A stretch of DNA of 64,000 bases, from assembly GCA_965153285.1 (NCBI GenBank), contig OZ229113.1, one strand, 5' to 3'. Position 1 is the first letter of the stretch. Each line of letters opens with the position of its first letter. Origin of the DNA: Podarcis tiliguerta. Its lineage: Eukaryota. Below are positions 62,828-64,000 of this stretch, piece after piece. The notes beneath the pieces are model-generated. The model ran no database searches. It saw nothing but the letters and a program-made list of their open reading frames with translations, and was not told the DNA's origin. Made by a program: the position numbers and the translations under genes.

Positions 62828-63632
62828 TTGCGTGTCGAGGTCCTCCAAGCCACCCCTAAATAATTCACACTTCACACATAATTTTTGTTTAAGGTTTTTG
62901 GCATAATTTTGGCCACAACTTTATTAAAATACATAAATGTGAGTGGTTGCTTAGGCATTGGTTATGACTATCTGTCTCCACGCCCAGGGACAGAACTGAC
63001 TTCTGGATTCCAGTGAAAGCCAGTGAGGGAAAACAATATTGGGGAGAGCATGGAGCCGGGAACCAGACCCTCATCCCCCCCTCATGCTCTCGGGGGCTTG
63101 CACAGCCCTAAGCCCCATTCAGGGGTACGGACGAAAGCATGGCGAGCCCCTGGATTCCTTTAATGGAGTTCCCTTGCAGCAGCAGCATTGGAGGGGCAGG
63201 CACCACCTGTCCTTACCCTTCCATCAACCAATTTTTTAAACCAATGCTTAAGCGCAACCTTACAAGTTGTGACAATTTGCTACACAGTAGGCAAAAGCGA
63301 AATGGCACCAGCCAATCAGCCAATTGGACAAAATTCCTACCAGGCCCCAAAAGCAGTCGACCCCATGACAGGCATAGCATGGTCAACGCAATAGCCCTAT
63401 ATTAGGGAGGGTGGGCGAGTGATCCGATGCATGCAGCAAAAGAGCCCAGTCAGTGCTGTGTGACTTGATTTTATAAACTTTGGTCCGTCCTCCTAAATGG
63501 CAACGCCAAAATTTGCCCAGCAACCGAACCGCCCAATCACTGTGGATGGTCATCCAAACAAACCCGCCCAGCAACAGAGGAGTGGCCTGCCAGACCCCAC
63601 CACAACACGTGCTCTCCATGAAAGAGAACATG
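62828..63632 (-). mobile_element. Ngaro-type solo A-spacer-B relic (closest to 45543-46328)
   Basis: Minus strand: tttataaaa...ctcttttg, cgcccaccctccct, ttgaccatgctatg, ENE-like hairpin, gtagcaaattgtcacaactt, tccattaaaggaatcc, ccaatgcctaagc, aataaagttgtggcc, ends gacacgcaa. Confidence 0.88.
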
Positions 63633-64000
63633 CTTTGTCCTGATTGCCCTTTGGTTTGAACTCCTGGTTCCTGACTCACTGGACTGCTTCCTACAGCCCA
63701 GCCCTGAGAGAGGGACCGAAAAGGGTTGACATTCCCCAGTGAGGATTGAGTTTCAAGCCTAGAACATAGTCCAGAATTTTTGCCATGGAACCCCGGTGCC
63801 CCACAGATTATCTCCCACTTTTAGTTTGGGGACTACTGGGAAGACCTACTGGGCGGCAGTAATGCCTTGTGTGAGCTAAAAAATAGTCCCCCAAACCCCC
63901 TGTACCTGTTCACTGCAGGGGAAGATTAGCTTTACATCAAAACCTCTCCACTGTTATGGATTTCCTCCATGAAAATCTGCTGACGAGCTTCCCAGAAACC

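Overview
Repeat-rich, apparently non-genic (intergenic or deep intronic) vertebrate DNA, most likely from a squamate (lacertid-like lizard), judged from Sauria-type SINEs, BovB/RTE, L2, CR1 and L1 fragments. No host protein-coding gene can be supported. The centrepiece is an intact, very young ~8 kb Ngaro-type (DIRS order) tyrosine-recombinase retrotransposon at 21682-29654 with split direct repeats (A1-ORFs-B1-A2-spacer-B2) and four intact coding units: Gag, RT/RNase H, tyrosine recombinase (YR) and an SGNH hydrolase. At least three, probably five, diverged 'solo' A-spacer-B relics of related Ngaro families lie elsewhere in the window and allow a by-eye covariation analysis. That comparison shows (i) an ENE-like U-rich internal-loop hairpin, a candidate poly(A) triple-helix element, present only in the spacer; (ii) a conserved, highly structured B repeat; and (iii) a conserved terminal hairpin. 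The YR and hydrolase frames lack a usable ATG but have phase-1 splice acceptors matching a phase-1 donor after the NLS-like first 23 codons of gag. Also present: an 18S rRNA-L2 chimeric retrocopy, a Copia relic with a 31-nt tRNAiMet-complementary PBS, a decayed Tc1, and several nested insertions. All alignments were done by eye; family names rest on recalled motifs, not database searches.
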